Of a stretch of 64,000 bases of DNA, positions 50,328 to 60,264 are shown piece by piece (position 1 is the stretch's first letter; every line of letters starts with the position of its first letter). The DNA comes from an uncultured Candidatus Binatia bacterium (lineage in GTDB: Bacteria > Desulfobacterota > Binatia > UBA9968 > JAJDTQ01). The DNA is taken from contig OZ219754.1 in NCBI GenBank assembly GCA_964291295.2, forward strand, positions 1,856,001 to 1,920,000, written 5' to 3'. The translations under genes were made by a program, and so were the position numbers. A model generated the notes under the pieces. It was not told the origin of the DNA and made no database searches. It saw only the letters and a list, made by a program, of their open reading frames with translations.

Positions 50328-51584
50328 ATGCACACCGCCACGTACACCGCATTGGGGTTGGCCCTTCTGGCTGTTCACCTCCTGACCGCGCGGGCGTGGG
50401 CGGACGCGCCTCCGTTGCAGTCCCTGGCGCGGATGCGGGTGGGGGGCGCCCACGGGGTATTCGTGAAGGCGGAGAACGGCGCGGTGCTGGCCGCGCTCAA
50501 CGCCACCCGTCCCTACCATCCCGCCTCGGTGACCAAAGTAGCGACGACCTTGGCGTTCCTGTCAACGCTGCGGCCGGAACGCCGCTTTCGCACCCGATTC
50601 CTCGCCGCCGGTCCGGTGGCCGGCGGAACCCTTGACGGCGACCTCGTGGTGCGGGCGGAGGGCGACCCGGGCTTCCTGTTCGAAAACGCTTTTCTGGTAC
50701 TGGCGGCGCTCCGGGAGAAGGGGGTCCGCCGGATCGACGGCGCCCTGCGGGTCGAGGGGCCGTTCTTCTTCGACTGGACGCCGGACCCGGCGGGGCGGCG
50801 GCTCAAGCGGGTGTGGACAGGCGGGCTGGGCGCGGAAAGCTGGCCGGTGGTGGCCGGCGCGCTGTTTCCCGGACGGCGCGTGCGGCTGGCGGATTTCAAG
50901 CTTCGGTTCGGGCACCGCGCGGCCTGCGGGAAGCAGCCGGCGCGCCTCCTGGCCGTGCACGCCTCGCCGCCGCTCCTCCGCCGCCTGAAGGACTTCAACA
51001 GCCACTCCAACGACAGTTTCCACGAGTTCTCGTACCGCATCGGCGGGCCGGAGACGGTCCAGCGCATCCTCCGGGAACGGATCCGCGGCGTGCCCCGGTC
51101 GTCGGTGGTCATCGACAACGCCGCCGGTGACGGCAGGACGAACCAGATGAGTCCGCGAGCCGCCGTGGCCATGTTCGAGGCTCTGGAAGCGACCCTCGAC
51201 GCCCGCGGTCTGACCTTCGCCGACGTGCTCCCGGTGGCCGGGGTGGATCCGGGCACGATGGCGCACCGCCTGGAGTCGCCGCGCCATCGTGGGGCGGTGG
51301 CGGCCAAGAGCGGTACTGTGCGTGCGCTGCGGATATCGGTGCTGGCCGGCGTGGCGTACACCCGCAGGTTCGGGCGAACGTTCTTTTCGATCATGACCCG
51401 GGGTGTGCGGCCGTGGGAGGCCAGGAAACGCCAGGACGCCTTCCTGCGGGGTCTGCTTGATGCGGGCGGTGCGCGACCCCTGCCCACGCGCGCCGCGCCG
51501 CCGCCTGCGTTCATGCAGGCGCGGCTGGAATCGCCGCGCTCGGAGCCTGGGACGGAATTTGTATGTTCCGGGCCGCTCAGGTAG
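50328..51584 (+). CDS. D-Ala-D-Ala carboxypeptidase, peptidase S13 (PBP4/DacB-like)
   Basis: Signal peptide, PASVTK (SxxK), a Ser/Asn SxN-like segment (SHSND), KSGT, GDP. Confidence 0.82.
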   Translation: MHTATYTALGLALLAVHLLTARAWADAPPLQSLARMRVGGAHGVFVKAENGAVLAALNATRPYHPASVTKVATTLAFLSTLRPERRFRTRFLAAGPVAGGTLDGDLVVRAEGDPGFLFENAFLVLAALREKGVRRIDGALRVEGPFFFDWTPDPAGRRLKRVWTGGLGAESWPVVAGALFPGRRVRLADFKLRFGHRAACGKQPARLLAVHASPPLLRRLKDFNSHSNDSFHEFSYRIGGPETVQRILRERIRGVPRSSVVIDNAAGDGRTNQMSPRAAVAMFEALEATLDARGLTFADVLPVAGVDPGTMAHRLESPRHRGAVAAKSGTVRALRISVLAGVAYTRRFGRTFFSIMTRGVRPWEARKRQDAFLRGLLDAGGARPLPTRAAPPPAFMQARLESPRSEPGTEFVCSGPLR

Positions 51585-51636
51585 TGTCGCCGCCTGGACG
51601 TTCACGTGACTCGCGACAAGGAGGAGGCACCCGCGG

Positions 51637-52485
51637 ATGGCTGACAAACCTCTGGAAGGAAGAGTGGCGTTGGTGACCGGGGCCGGCAGCCCCGCCGGTT
51701 TCGGTCGCCGCATGACGTTTGCGCTGACCGCGGCCGGGGCGCGCGTGGCCATGGTGGACATCAGCGAGGAATGGCTTCACCGGACGGCGGACGAGGTCCG
51801 GGCTGCGGCCGGGAAGGACAGCGTGCTGCCCATCGTGGAGAGCGTGGGCAGTTGGGAGAGTGCCGCAAGGGCGGTGGAGGCCGCCCGCTCCGGGCTGGGC
51901 GGTCTGGATATCCTCGTCAACAATGCCGGGACCAATCCGCGCAATGTCGGCCTCACGGACGAGTTCCGCCAGAAATGCTGGGAGGTGCCGCCCGAGGCCT
52001 GGGTGCGGGTGTTCGCCGTGAACTGCAGCGGACCCTTCTTCACCGTGCGCGCCGCGGTGGGGACCATGATCGAGAAGGGGTGGGGCCGCATCATCGGCGT
52101 CACCACCAGCCTGGACACCATGTACCGGGCATGGGGCGCGCCCTATGGACCGTCCAAGGCAGGGCATGAGGCCTTCATGGCGACCTTGAGCCAGGAACTG
52201 GAGGGCACCGGGGTCACCGCCAACGTGCTGGTTCCCGGCGGGCCGGCCAACACCAATCTGATTCCGCAGGACGCCGGCTACGACCGCGATCAACTCATTC
52301 AGCCGCCGGTCATGGAAAAGCCGGTGGTGTGGCTCGCGTCCCGGGCGTCCGACGGCATCAACGGCCGGCGCTTCATCGCCCACCACTGGGACGAGAGCCT
52401 GCCGCTGGCGGAACGGCTGTCCAGGGCCAGCGCGCCCGCCGCCTGGCCGCAGGCCGGACAGGCCGCCATCGCCCCGGGGCGATAG
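51637..52485 (+). CDS. Short-chain dehydrogenase/reductase
   Basis: VALVTGAG..GFG, LVNNAG, YGPSK. Confidence 0.92.
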   Translation: MADKPLEGRVALVTGAGSPAGFGRRMTFALTAAGARVAMVDISEEWLHRTADEVRAAAGKDSVLPIVESVGSWESAARAVEAARSGLGGLDILVNNAGTNPRNVGLTDEFRQKCWEVPPEAWVRVFAVNCSGPFFTVRAAVGTMIEKGWGRIIGVTTSLDTMYRAWGAPYGPSKAGHEAFMATLSQELEGTGVTANVLVPGGPANTNLIPQDAGYDRDQLIQPPVMEKPVVWLASRASDGINGRRFIAHHWDESLPLAERLSRASAPAAWPQAGQAAIAPGR

Positions 52486-52551
52486 GTCCGCGGCGGCAGC
52501 TTCTCCAGGCGCCGCCGTCTCCGGGACACGCTCACGCAGTGACCGGTGCGG

Positions 52552-54072
52552 TCAGCCGCCCTGGGCGGCTGACCGCCTCCCAAGCATACCCAGACCGGCA
52601 CGGATGGAAGGCAGGAAGATGAGGACGACGGCGAAGACCAGCAACGCCAGCGTCATGGGCCGCTGCCACATGAAACCGATGCCGTCGGTCAGATTCATGG
52701 CGCGCGCGAAGTTGTCTTCCAGCAACGGCCCGAGAATGAACCCGATGAGCATGGGCGCCAGCGGGAAGCCGGCCATGCGCATGACCGTGGCGACGATCCC
52801 CATCCCGGTCAACAGCAGCAGTTCGGTGGCGTTGTTCTGGCCGATGTAGCTGCCCATCATGGTGAAGAAGAGGATGAAGGGGATCAGGTAGTTGCGGGGA
52901 ATCTCCAGCAGCCTGGCGATATAGGGGATCAACGGCAGATTGAGGATCAGCAGCACCACGTTGCCGAGGTACATGGAGATGATCACCGCCCAGAAGACGG
53001 AGGGGTTGTCCACCATCAGGCGCGGCCCGGGCGAGACGTTCAGCGCGATCAGCGCGCCCAGCAGGATCGCGGTGGTGCCCGATCCCGGAATGCCCAGCGT
53101 GAGCAGTGGCACGAAGGAGCCGGTGCAGGCCGCGTTGTTGGCGGTCTCCGGCGCGGCGAGGCCCTTGATCGATCCCTTCCCGAACCTGGCGCGCTCCGCC
53201 CCCCTGGCGATGTTGCGCTCGACCGCGTAGCCGAGAAACGATGCGATGGTCGCCCCCGCCCCCGGCATGACCCCGACGAAGAAACCCTGGAGCGACTGGC
53301 GGGCGATGACGGGGGCGATCTCCCGGGCCTCGTCACGGGTGATGCGCAGGTTCGAGATCCTGCCGCCGTCCGCTCCGTCCTGCTGCGAACGCCTGGGGTT
53401 GAGCACCAGGTAGAGGGCCTCGGGCAAGGCGAACAGGGCCATGGCCAGGGTAATGAAGCTCATGCCGCTCTGCAGATCCTGAATGCCCATGGTAAAGCGG
53501 GGCGCATTGAACAGGGCGCTTTCGCCGACGGTGGCGAGCATCACGCCGAGGACGGTCATCATCAGCGCCTTGGCCACTTGGCCCGAACCCGCAAAGGCGG
53601 CGATGGCGGCGAGGCCCACCACCATCAGCGCGAAGTATTCCGCGGAGTGGAACAGCAGGGCGACCGTGGCCAGCCCGGGCGCGAAACCCATGAGCAGGAG
53701 GGCGCCGATGGTGCCCCCGGAAAAGGAGCCGATGGCGGCAATGGTCAGCGCCTTGCCGGCCTGCCCCTGGCGCGCCAGCGGATAGCCGTCGAAGGCGGTG
53801 GCCACGGTGCCGGCGACACCGGGCGCGTTGATCAGGATGGAGGACGTGGAACCGCCGAAGATGGCCCCGTAGTAGACCCCCGCCAGCAGGATCAGCGCAG
53901 CCGCCGGATCACCGATCTGTATCGCCACCGGGATCATGATGGCGATGATGGACATGGGGCCCAAGCCCGGCAGCATGCCGATGAAGGTGCCGATGAGGCA
54001 CCCGGCGATGACCATGAAGAGGTTCTGGAGACTGAAGGCGGTGGACAGACCGGCCAGGATTCCTTCAACCAT
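52552..54072 (-). CDS. tctA: Tripartite tricarboxylate transporter large permease
   Basis: GMLPGLG, YGAIFGGS, PETANNA, PLLTLGIPGS. Confidence 0.95.
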   Translation of the reverse strand: MVEGILAGLSTAFSLQNLFMVIAGCLIGTFIGMLPGLGPMSIIAIMIPVAIQIGDPAAALILLAGVYYGAIFGGSTSSILINAPGVAGTVATAFDGYPLARQGQAGKALTIAAIGSFSGGTIGALLLMGFAPGLATVALLFHSAEYFALMVVGLAAIAAFAGSGQVAKALMMTVLGVMLATVGESALFNAPRFTMGIQDLQSGMSFITLAMALFALPEALYLVLNPRRSQQDGADGGRISNLRITRDEAREIAPVIARQSLQGFFVGVMPGAGATIASFLGYAVERNIARGAERARFGKGSIKGLAAPETANNAACTGSFVPLLTLGIPGSGTTAILLGALIALNVSPGPRLMVDNPSVFWAVIISMYLGNVVLLILNLPLIPYIARLLEIPRNYLIPFILFFTMMGSYIGQNNATELLLLTGMGIVATVMRMAGFPLAPMLIGFILGPLLEDNFARAMNLTDGIGFMWQRPMTLALLVFAVVLIFLPSIRAGLGMLGRRSAAQGG

Positions 54073-54078
54073 GTCGGC

Positions 54079-54564
54079 CTACAGAAACCAGGGCCAGGGG
54101 CGGAGGAAGATGCCGAGCACCTCCTGCACCAAGTACCAGACCATCCACGCGGCCAGCACCGACACCGGAACCAGCACGGCGTAGCGCCTCTCGCCGAGAA
54201 TCGCCGCGCCCAGCGCCAGAAAGAGGGTCGTGGTGAGGACGAATCCGGCGGGTCGAAGCAGCAGCGCGTAGGCGGTCATGAGCACCAGCAGCAGGATCGC
54301 CTGGCCGAGCTTGTACTGCCGCAGGTTGCCGGCGTCGATGCCGTCGGGGTCGGCTTCTCCCCTGCGGCCGGGACCGGACTGGATCAGCACGGCCAGCCCC
54401 ACCAGCACGCCCAGAACGCTCAGCCACTTGGGCAGGACGTTGGGGAGAAAGGTCATGTTGCGTTCGAAGGGCAGGAGCGAGGCCTCCATGACCACGAAGG
54501 CCGTGTATCCGTAGACCAGGCACACGGTCACGAATATCAGCGCGATGGCGCGTTCGAGGTTCAC
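54079..54564 (-). CDS. tctB: Tripartite tricarboxylate transporter small permease
   Basis: Four TM helices; lies between tctC and tctA. Confidence 0.88.
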   Translation of the reverse strand: MNLERAIALIFVTVCLVYGYTAFVVMEASLLPFERNMTFLPNVLPKWLSVLGVLVGLAVLIQSGPGRRGEADPDGIDAGNLRQYKLGQAILLLVLMTAYALLLRPAGFVLTTTLFLALGAAILGERRYAVLVPVSVLAAWMVWYLVQEVLGIFLRPWPWFL

Positions 54565-54657
54565 GGGCCCACTCCTGTCCGTCTCTCGCCCGGCACGGAG
54601 GCGAGCAGCGAGGCGAACCGGGGCATCCCGAATGGGCGCCCCGGCGGCATGGAACTG

Positions 54658-55668
54658 CTACTTCAGGAAACCGAGCTGCTGCATCAGGGTCTTGATCACC
54701 TTCTCCTGGTTCTCCAGGAAGGCGACGAAGTCCTCGCCCGAATTGTGGATGTCGACCCAGCCGTTGCGGTCGCGCACGGCCTTCCATTCAGGTGTGGCAT
54801 ACATTGCGGCAAGGGCCTTTCGGTACAGTTCGGCCTTGTCCGCCGGCAATCCCGGAGCCGCGAAAAAGCCGCGCCAGTTGACGAACGCCGCGTCGTAGCC
54901 CTGCTCCTTCAGGGTCGGCGCATCCATGAACGCCGGAACCCGTTTTTCGGAGGTCACCGCGAGGATGCGCATCTCCCCGGCCTTGGCCAGTGCCACGGCC
55001 TCGGAGAAGCCGGTGGAACCGGCCGAGACTTCGCCGGACAGGATGGCCGCATTCAGCTTGCCGCCGGCGTCGTATGGGATGTACTTGACCTTGGTGGGAT
55101 CGGCTCCCGCCGCCTGGAAGGCCAGCGCCGCCACCAGATGGTCCATGCCTCCCGGCACCGAACCGCCGCCAACCGACACCTTCCGGGGGTCCTTCCTGTA
55201 GGCCGCGGCCAAGTCCGAGAAGCTCTCGTAGGGGCTGTTCTTGTCCGTGATGATCGCCGCGTAGTCGCCGATGGTGCCGGCGATCATGGTCAGGTCGCGG
55301 AAGTTGTGGGGGAAGCGTCCCACCAGCGAGCGGATGACGATGGGGGTGGAGTTGACCATCAAGGTGCCGTGGTTGGAGGCGGCGTTCTCGATGAGAAAGC
55401 CGATGGCCTTGCCGCCGCCGCCGCCGGACATGTTCTCGTACGAGGCCGAGCCGACGATGCCGGATCGGGTCAACGCCTCTCCGGTTCCGCGAGCGGTGCC
55501 GTCCCAGCCGCCGCCCGCGCCGCCGGGAATGAGGAAGTGGATCTTGTCCACCAGCCTGTCGGCCGAGTTGGCGGGGTTCGCGGCCAGGCCCAGCGCGACC
55601 GCGGCAACGGCGGCCACGCTGAAGCGCGTCAGAAAACGGGTTCGAGCCGGGGTTCGTGTCAGTGTCAT
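54658..55668 (-). CDS. tctC: Tripartite tricarboxylate transporter substrate-binding protein
   Basis: PGGAGGGWDGTAR, NMSGGGG, PTLKEQG, NWRG; AGGAGG RBS. Confidence 0.93.
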   Translation of the reverse strand: MTLTRTPARTRFLTRFSVAAVAAVALGLAANPANSADRLVDKIHFLIPGGAGGGWDGTARGTGEALTRSGIVGSASYENMSGGGGGKAIGFLIENAASNHGTLMVNSTPIVIRSLVGRFPHNFRDLTMIAGTIGDYAAIITDKNSPYESFSDLAAAYRKDPRKVSVGGGSVPGGMDHLVAALAFQAAGADPTKVKYIPYDAGGKLNAAILSGEVSAGSTGFSEAVALAKAGEMRILAVTSEKRVPAFMDAPTLKEQGYDAAFVNWRGFFAAPGLPADKAELYRKALAAMYATPEWKAVRDRNGWVDIHNSGEDFVAFLENQEKVIKTLMQQLGFLK

Positions 55669-55856
55669 TGGGGCTGTCCTCCTGAATGTGAGATGTCGCA
55701 CTACCGTCTGATAACCAACCGCCGCCGTCCACGCAACCCTGCCGGGGCGGGAACTTTTCCTCCCGTCCCGGCGTCCTGTTCGGCGAAGCTTTCTTGTTGC
55801 CGTCGCATGACAAATGCGGTAGAGAGGCTGGATCGACAAACCGAGGAGGTGTCTCA

Positions 55857-56858
55857 ATGGATCGGAGAGTCCTTTTGTGGAGCCTGGTGCTGGCGGTGGT
55901 GCTGGCGTCGGGCGCGAATGCGTTCGCGCAGTGGAACATTTCGGTGGTGGGGTCGCCCGCGGGCGGCACGCTCCAGGTGAAGGCGGAGGGGATCGGCGAG
56001 GCCTTGCGCCGGGGCGTTTCCGGATCGAACGTCAGCGTGCCGACCTCCAGTCCCGGTGCAGGCCTGGCGCTCATCGGCACCGGCAAGGCGGAGGTGGCCG
56101 TGGGCGCTTCGGCGCGCATGGCGGTCAACGCGCTGCGGGGCAATGCGCCGTTCAAGAGAAAGTACGAGTTCAACCTGTTGGCTTTCTGGGGCGCGGACCT
56201 TTTCATGTTCGTGGCCACACCCAAGGCCGGTCTTGAGACCTTCGGCGACTACGTCTCCCGCAAGTCCAGGGACGGCATCTCGGTGGGTCCTCCGGGAAGC
56301 GGTTCGTACATGGTCTTCGACGACGTCGCCAAGGTGCATGGCACCAATTTCAAGGAGATGGAAGGCTGGGGCGCGAAGCTCCACTACCAGTACTCCGCTC
56401 CCTCCCTGGAACTCCTTCAGGACGGACAGATCGAGGGGCTGGGCGGCCTTTGGGGTCAACCGAGCGCCCGGATCGTGGATCTCACCAACAACCGCGAGAT
56501 GGTCTGGGTGGGCCTGGACAAGGAGTCCATCGACAAGCTCGGCGCGGAGTTCGGCTATGAGTACGTGAAGCTCGACAAACCCGGAGACTTCGGCTACGGC
56601 TACAAGTTCGTCAACAAGAAGCCGTTGCATACGGTGCGCATGGCCGACATCATCGCCATTCGTTCGGATCTGTCGGTGGATCAGGCTTACGCCATCACCA
56701 AGGCCATCTTCAGCAGCAACAAGTACCTGACGAGCGTGCATACGTCCTTCAAGGCGCTGACCGCGGCGAACACCATGGCCCTGGACAAGGCGTCGGGCGA
56801 TTTGAACCTTCACGAGGGCACCCGGAAGTACTTCCGCGAAATGGGCGCCATGAAGTAG
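55857..56858 (+). CDS. TAXI-family TRAP substrate-binding protein
   Basis: Signal peptide, GSPAGG, GPPGSGS, LHEGTRKYFRE. Confidence 0.9.
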   Translation: MDRRVLLWSLVLAVVLASGANAFAQWNISVVGSPAGGTLQVKAEGIGEALRRGVSGSNVSVPTSSPGAGLALIGTGKAEVAVGASARMAVNALRGNAPFKRKYEFNLLAFWGADLFMFVATPKAGLETFGDYVSRKSRDGISVGPPGSGSYMVFDDVAKVHGTNFKEMEGWGAKLHYQYSAPSLELLQDGQIEGLGGLWGQPSARIVDLTNNREMVWVGLDKESIDKLGAEFGYEYVKLDKPGDFGYGYKFVNKKPLHTVRMADIIAIRSDLSVDQAYAITKAIFSSNKYLTSVHTSFKALTAANTMALDKASGDLNLHEGTRKYFREMGAMK

Positions 56859-56941
56859 CGGCGCAGGGCGGCGGGCGCGGGAACCTCTGTCCCGCGTCCG
56901 CACCGCGACCCCGCACGGCCGCGGGGCCTGCGTGACCGCCC

Positions 56942-58897
56942 ATGACCGTTCTCATTCACATCATGTCTTTTCGGACCACGTTGGGCCGGGTGTACGAAGC
57001 GTACGCCGAAGGCAGCCGCAGGCAGTTCACCGGCGTGGCCGGCAAGCTCGTCCCGGGCTTCGCCATTCTCTACTCGCTCTACCACCTCTACGTCTTCGTC
57101 ATCGGCGTGGGCAAGCTCAATGTCTTCCAGCACCGGGCGACACACCTCCTGTGGCTCCTGGCGTTCGCTTTCATCGTCTACGCACCGGGGGCCAGGAAGA
57201 CGCGGGTGAGCTGGTGGGACTGGTTTCTGGCCGCCTTGTGCATCGCCATCTGGGGCTACATGATGCTCAACCTTGAGCGCATCACCCTGTGGCTGAGCCT
57301 CATCGACGAGCCGCCGCTGGCCGACCTGGTCTTTGGCAGCCTGCTCGTGCTGCTGGTGCTCGAGGGGGTGCGGCGGGTGTCCCGGATGCCGCTGGTGCTC
57401 GTCACCGTGGTCTTCCTGCTCTACATGTTCTGGGGAAACCTGCTCGGCGGCATCTGGTGGCATTCCGGCATGACCTTCGACCGCGTCGTCGACGTGCTGT
57501 TCCTGAGCCCCCAAGGCATGTGGGGCTCGCTGATGAACATTTCGGCCACCTACATCATCCTGTTCGTGCTGTTCGGCCAGTTGCTGCTGCACCTGGGCGG
57601 CGCCGCGTTCTTCGTGGACCTGGCGGATGCCGTGGCCGGACGCGCGCGCGGCGGGCCGGCCAAGGTGGCGGTGGTGGGGAGCGGCCTCTTCGGCACCATT
57701 TCCGGCAGCCAGATCGCCAACGTCGCCACCAGCGGTTCCTTCACCATTCCGATGATGAAGCGCGTCGGCTTCCGGCCGGAGTTTGCCGGCGCGGTGGAGT
57801 TGTCGGCCTCCATGGGCGGGATGTTCATGCCGCCGGTGATGGCGTCCACCGTGTTCCTGATGAGCGACATCAGCGGCATCCCCTACGTCGAGATCATCGT
57901 GGCGGCGTTCATTCCCGCCTGTCTCTATTTCTTCACGGTCTTCTGGCAGGTGCACATGGAGAGCGTGAAGATGGGAATCGTTTCCCCCACCGAGGGCCGG
58001 CGCACGGCGTGGGAGGTGCTCAGGGAGGACGGCCACTTCATCGCGCCGCTGGTGGTCATCGTCTGGGTGCTGCTGGAAGGCTATACGCCCATCCGGGCCG
58101 CGCTGGTGGCCATCGCGACGTTGCTGGTGGTTACGGCGCTCCGGAAGAAGGGGCGCAAGGATTTCTTCAAGAACGTCCTGAAGGGGCTCGAGACCGGGGC
58201 CACCACCTCCATCATCGTGGCGTTGCCCATCGCCGCGGGCGCCATCATGGTCACCGCCATCTCCGCCACCGGCCTCGGCGGCAAGTTCGGCTCCATGGTG
58301 ATGCTCTTCTCCGGGGGGTATCTGTTCCCGGCCCTGGTGATCGCCATGATCGCGTCGCTGGTGCTGGGGGCGCCGCTGTCGGTGGCCGCCACCTATATCC
58401 TGACCGCCATCATGATCGTGCCGGTGACCGTGCAGCTGGGCGTGCCGCCGCTGGCCGCGCACTTGTTCGCGGTCTACTTCGCCGTCATCGCGCCCATGTC
58501 TCCGCCGGCAGGCCCGGCCATGTTCCTGGCCGGTGGGCTGGCCGGTGCCAATCCCATGGTGGTGGGGCTCCTGGGCATTCGCCTGGCCATCGGTGCGTTC
58601 GTGCTGCCGTTCCTGTTCGTCTTCAATTCCGGACTGCTGATGCACGGGACCTTCCTGGAGATCCTGTTCGCCACCGCGGTGGCCGCGCTGGCGCTGTTCG
58701 CCCTGGCTGCGGGCTTCGAGGGCTGGATCTCCAGGGAAACCACGGCATGGGAACGCATCCTCCTGGTGGCGGGCGGTTTCACCATGATCTTTCCGGTCAC
58801 CCTGACCCTGGTGGCGGGCGCCGCCGCCGTGATACTGGCCATTGCCGCCCACCTGGTTCGGACCAAGGTGGTCCGGGTCTCGCCGGCGTCGTCTTGA
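56942..58897 (+). CDS. TRAP fused 4TM/12TM permease (TAXI-type)
   Basis: GGPAKVAVV, GTISGS, GSFTIPMMK, MPPVM. Confidence 0.92.
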   Translation: MTVLIHIMSFRTTLGRVYEAYAEGSRRQFTGVAGKLVPGFAILYSLYHLYVFVIGVGKLNVFQHRATHLLWLLAFAFIVYAPGARKTRVSWWDWFLAALCIAIWGYMMLNLERITLWLSLIDEPPLADLVFGSLLVLLVLEGVRRVSRMPLVLVTVVFLLYMFWGNLLGGIWWHSGMTFDRVVDVLFLSPQGMWGSLMNISATYIILFVLFGQLLLHLGGAAFFVDLADAVAGRARGGPAKVAVVGSGLFGTISGSQIANVATSGSFTIPMMKRVGFRPEFAGAVELSASMGGMFMPPVMASTVFLMSDISGIPYVEIIVAAFIPACLYFFTVFWQVHMESVKMGIVSPTEGRRTAWEVLREDGHFIAPLVVIVWVLLEGYTPIRAALVAIATLLVVTALRKKGRKDFFKNVLKGLETGATTSIIVALPIAAGAIMVTAISATGLGGKFGSMVMLFSGGYLFPALVIAMIASLVLGAPLSVAATYILTAIMIVPVTVQLGVPPLAAHLFAVYFAVIAPMSPPAGPAMFLAGGLAGANPMVVGLLGIRLAIGAFVLPFLFVFNSGLLMHGTFLEILFATAVAALALFALAAGFEGWISRETTAWERILLVAGGFTMIFPVTLTLVAGAAAVILAIAAHLVRTKVVRVSPASS

Positions 58898-58922
58898 CGC
58901 GCGGCGGGCCGGACACTATTCT
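58894..58922 (+). promoter_or_regulatory. Putative sigma70 promoter for the VOC gene
   Basis: TTGACG-N17-TATTCT. Confidence 0.55.
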
Positions 58923-59034
58923 TGCACCCACGCGTGTTCCCGGAAGGCCGGCACACGCCGGCCACATTCGCACCGCCGTCCGCCGGCAGGGCGGAGCCTC
59001 CGGGCCGTCCGCCGCCACGATGAAAGGATGAGCC

Positions 59035-59415
59035 ATGCCCCGAGAGCAGATCGCCGTGGTTTCCGTTCCCGTGAGCGATCAGCAGGCCGCCAAGGCGTTC
59101 TACATGAACAAGCTGGGTTTCGAGCTGGTGGTGGAGGAGGAGATGCCCGACATGGACGACAACTGGATTCAGCTCAAGCCGGCCGCCGGCGAGGCGTCCA
59201 TCTCGCTGGTGACCTGGATTCCTTCGCTGTCCCCGGGCTCCCTGGACGGCGTCGTGGTGCGCACCGACGACATCGACGCCAGCCGGGCGCGGTTCGCCGA
59301 GCGGGGGGTGGAGATCACGGCGGTGACGGACGCGGAGTGGGGGCGGTGGGCCACCTTCCGCGATCTGGACGGCAACGGCTGGGTACTGGTGCAGTTGCCG
59401 GACCGTCCGGAGTAG
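59035..59415 (+). CDS. VOC/glyoxalase family protein
   Basis: VSDQQAAKAFY..LGF, WGRWATFRDLDGN. Confidence 0.9.
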   Translation: MPREQIAVVSVPVSDQQAAKAFYMNKLGFELVVEEEMPDMDDNWIQLKPAAGEASISLVTWIPSLSPGSLDGVVVRTDDIDASRARFAERGVEITAVTDAEWGRWATFRDLDGNGWVLVQLPDRPE

Positions 59416-59422
59416 CAGGGAG

Positions 59423-60046
59423 TTGTTGCCGGTGCGGACGGTACTGGCGGCGTTCCTGTTCGTGTGGGTGTCGGGTTGCTCCTATGCGCCGCCGCCGAAA
59501 CACCAGTCCGACCTCTGCCAGGTGTTCGCCCAGTATCCCGACTGGTACGACTACGCCCGGAAGTCCCAGCAGCAGTGGGGAACGCCGGTGCCTGTCCTCA
59601 TGGCCTTCGTGCGCCATGAGTCGAGCTACCGCAGCCACGCCAGGCCGCCCCGGCGCTGGCTCTGGTTCATCCCGCTGGGACGTCCGTCGTCGGCCCGGGG
59701 CTATGCCCAGGCCCTGAACCCGGTCTGGAGCGAGTACCAGGCGGAGCGGGGCCGGCTCTTCCGGAGCCGTTCGGACATGGAGGACGGCCTCGACTTCATC
59801 GGCTGGTACAACCACAAGACCTGGCGGCAGCTCGGCATCGCGCGCACCGATGCCAGGAACCTCTATCTCGCCTACCACGAAGGGCGCGGCGGCTACCGCC
59901 GCGGCACCTGGAAGAAGAAGCCGAAACTGCAGCGCATCGCCAGCAAGGTGGCCGCCACCGCCGCCCGGTACCGCTCCCAGCTCGCCCGCTGCGAGTCGCG
60001 TTTCCGCTGCGACTCCTGGTACCAGGTCTGGCCATTCTGCCGCTGA
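59423..60046 (+). CDS. Lipoprotein with SLT-type lytic transglycosylase-like domain
   Basis: VSGC lipobox, RHESS, SSARGYAQA, YLAYHEG. Confidence 0.8.
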   Translation: MLPVRTVLAAFLFVWVSGCSYAPPPKHQSDLCQVFAQYPDWYDYARKSQQQWGTPVPVLMAFVRHESSYRSHARPPRRWLWFIPLGRPSSARGYAQALNPVWSEYQAERGRLFRSRSDMEDGLDFIGWYNHKTWRQLGIARTDARNLYLAYHEGRGGYRRGTWKKKPKLQRIASKVAATAARYRSQLARCESRFRCDSWYQVWPFCR

Positions 60047-60187
60047 TCGGGCGCGCGGGCCGCTCCCCGTCGCCGGCGGTCCCGTGCACCCTTGGGCGAT
60101 TCCGGTACGGCCCATGATTCTACGCTCCGTCCTTTCCCCGGAAGCGGGAACCGGGCCGCGTGGAGCCCGGGCCGCCGCGACAACCCC

Positions 60188-60216
60188 TTGAAAGGGAGCC
60201 GCCGCTGTCATAGAGT
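60188..60216 (+). promoter_or_regulatory. Putative sigma70 promoter
   Basis: TTGAAA-N17-TAGAGT upstream of the substrate-binding protein gene. Confidence 0.5.
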
Positions 60217-60264
60217 GCGGTCGCTCATCGGCATGCGATGAAGAAAAAGAAAAGGAGTGGTGAC

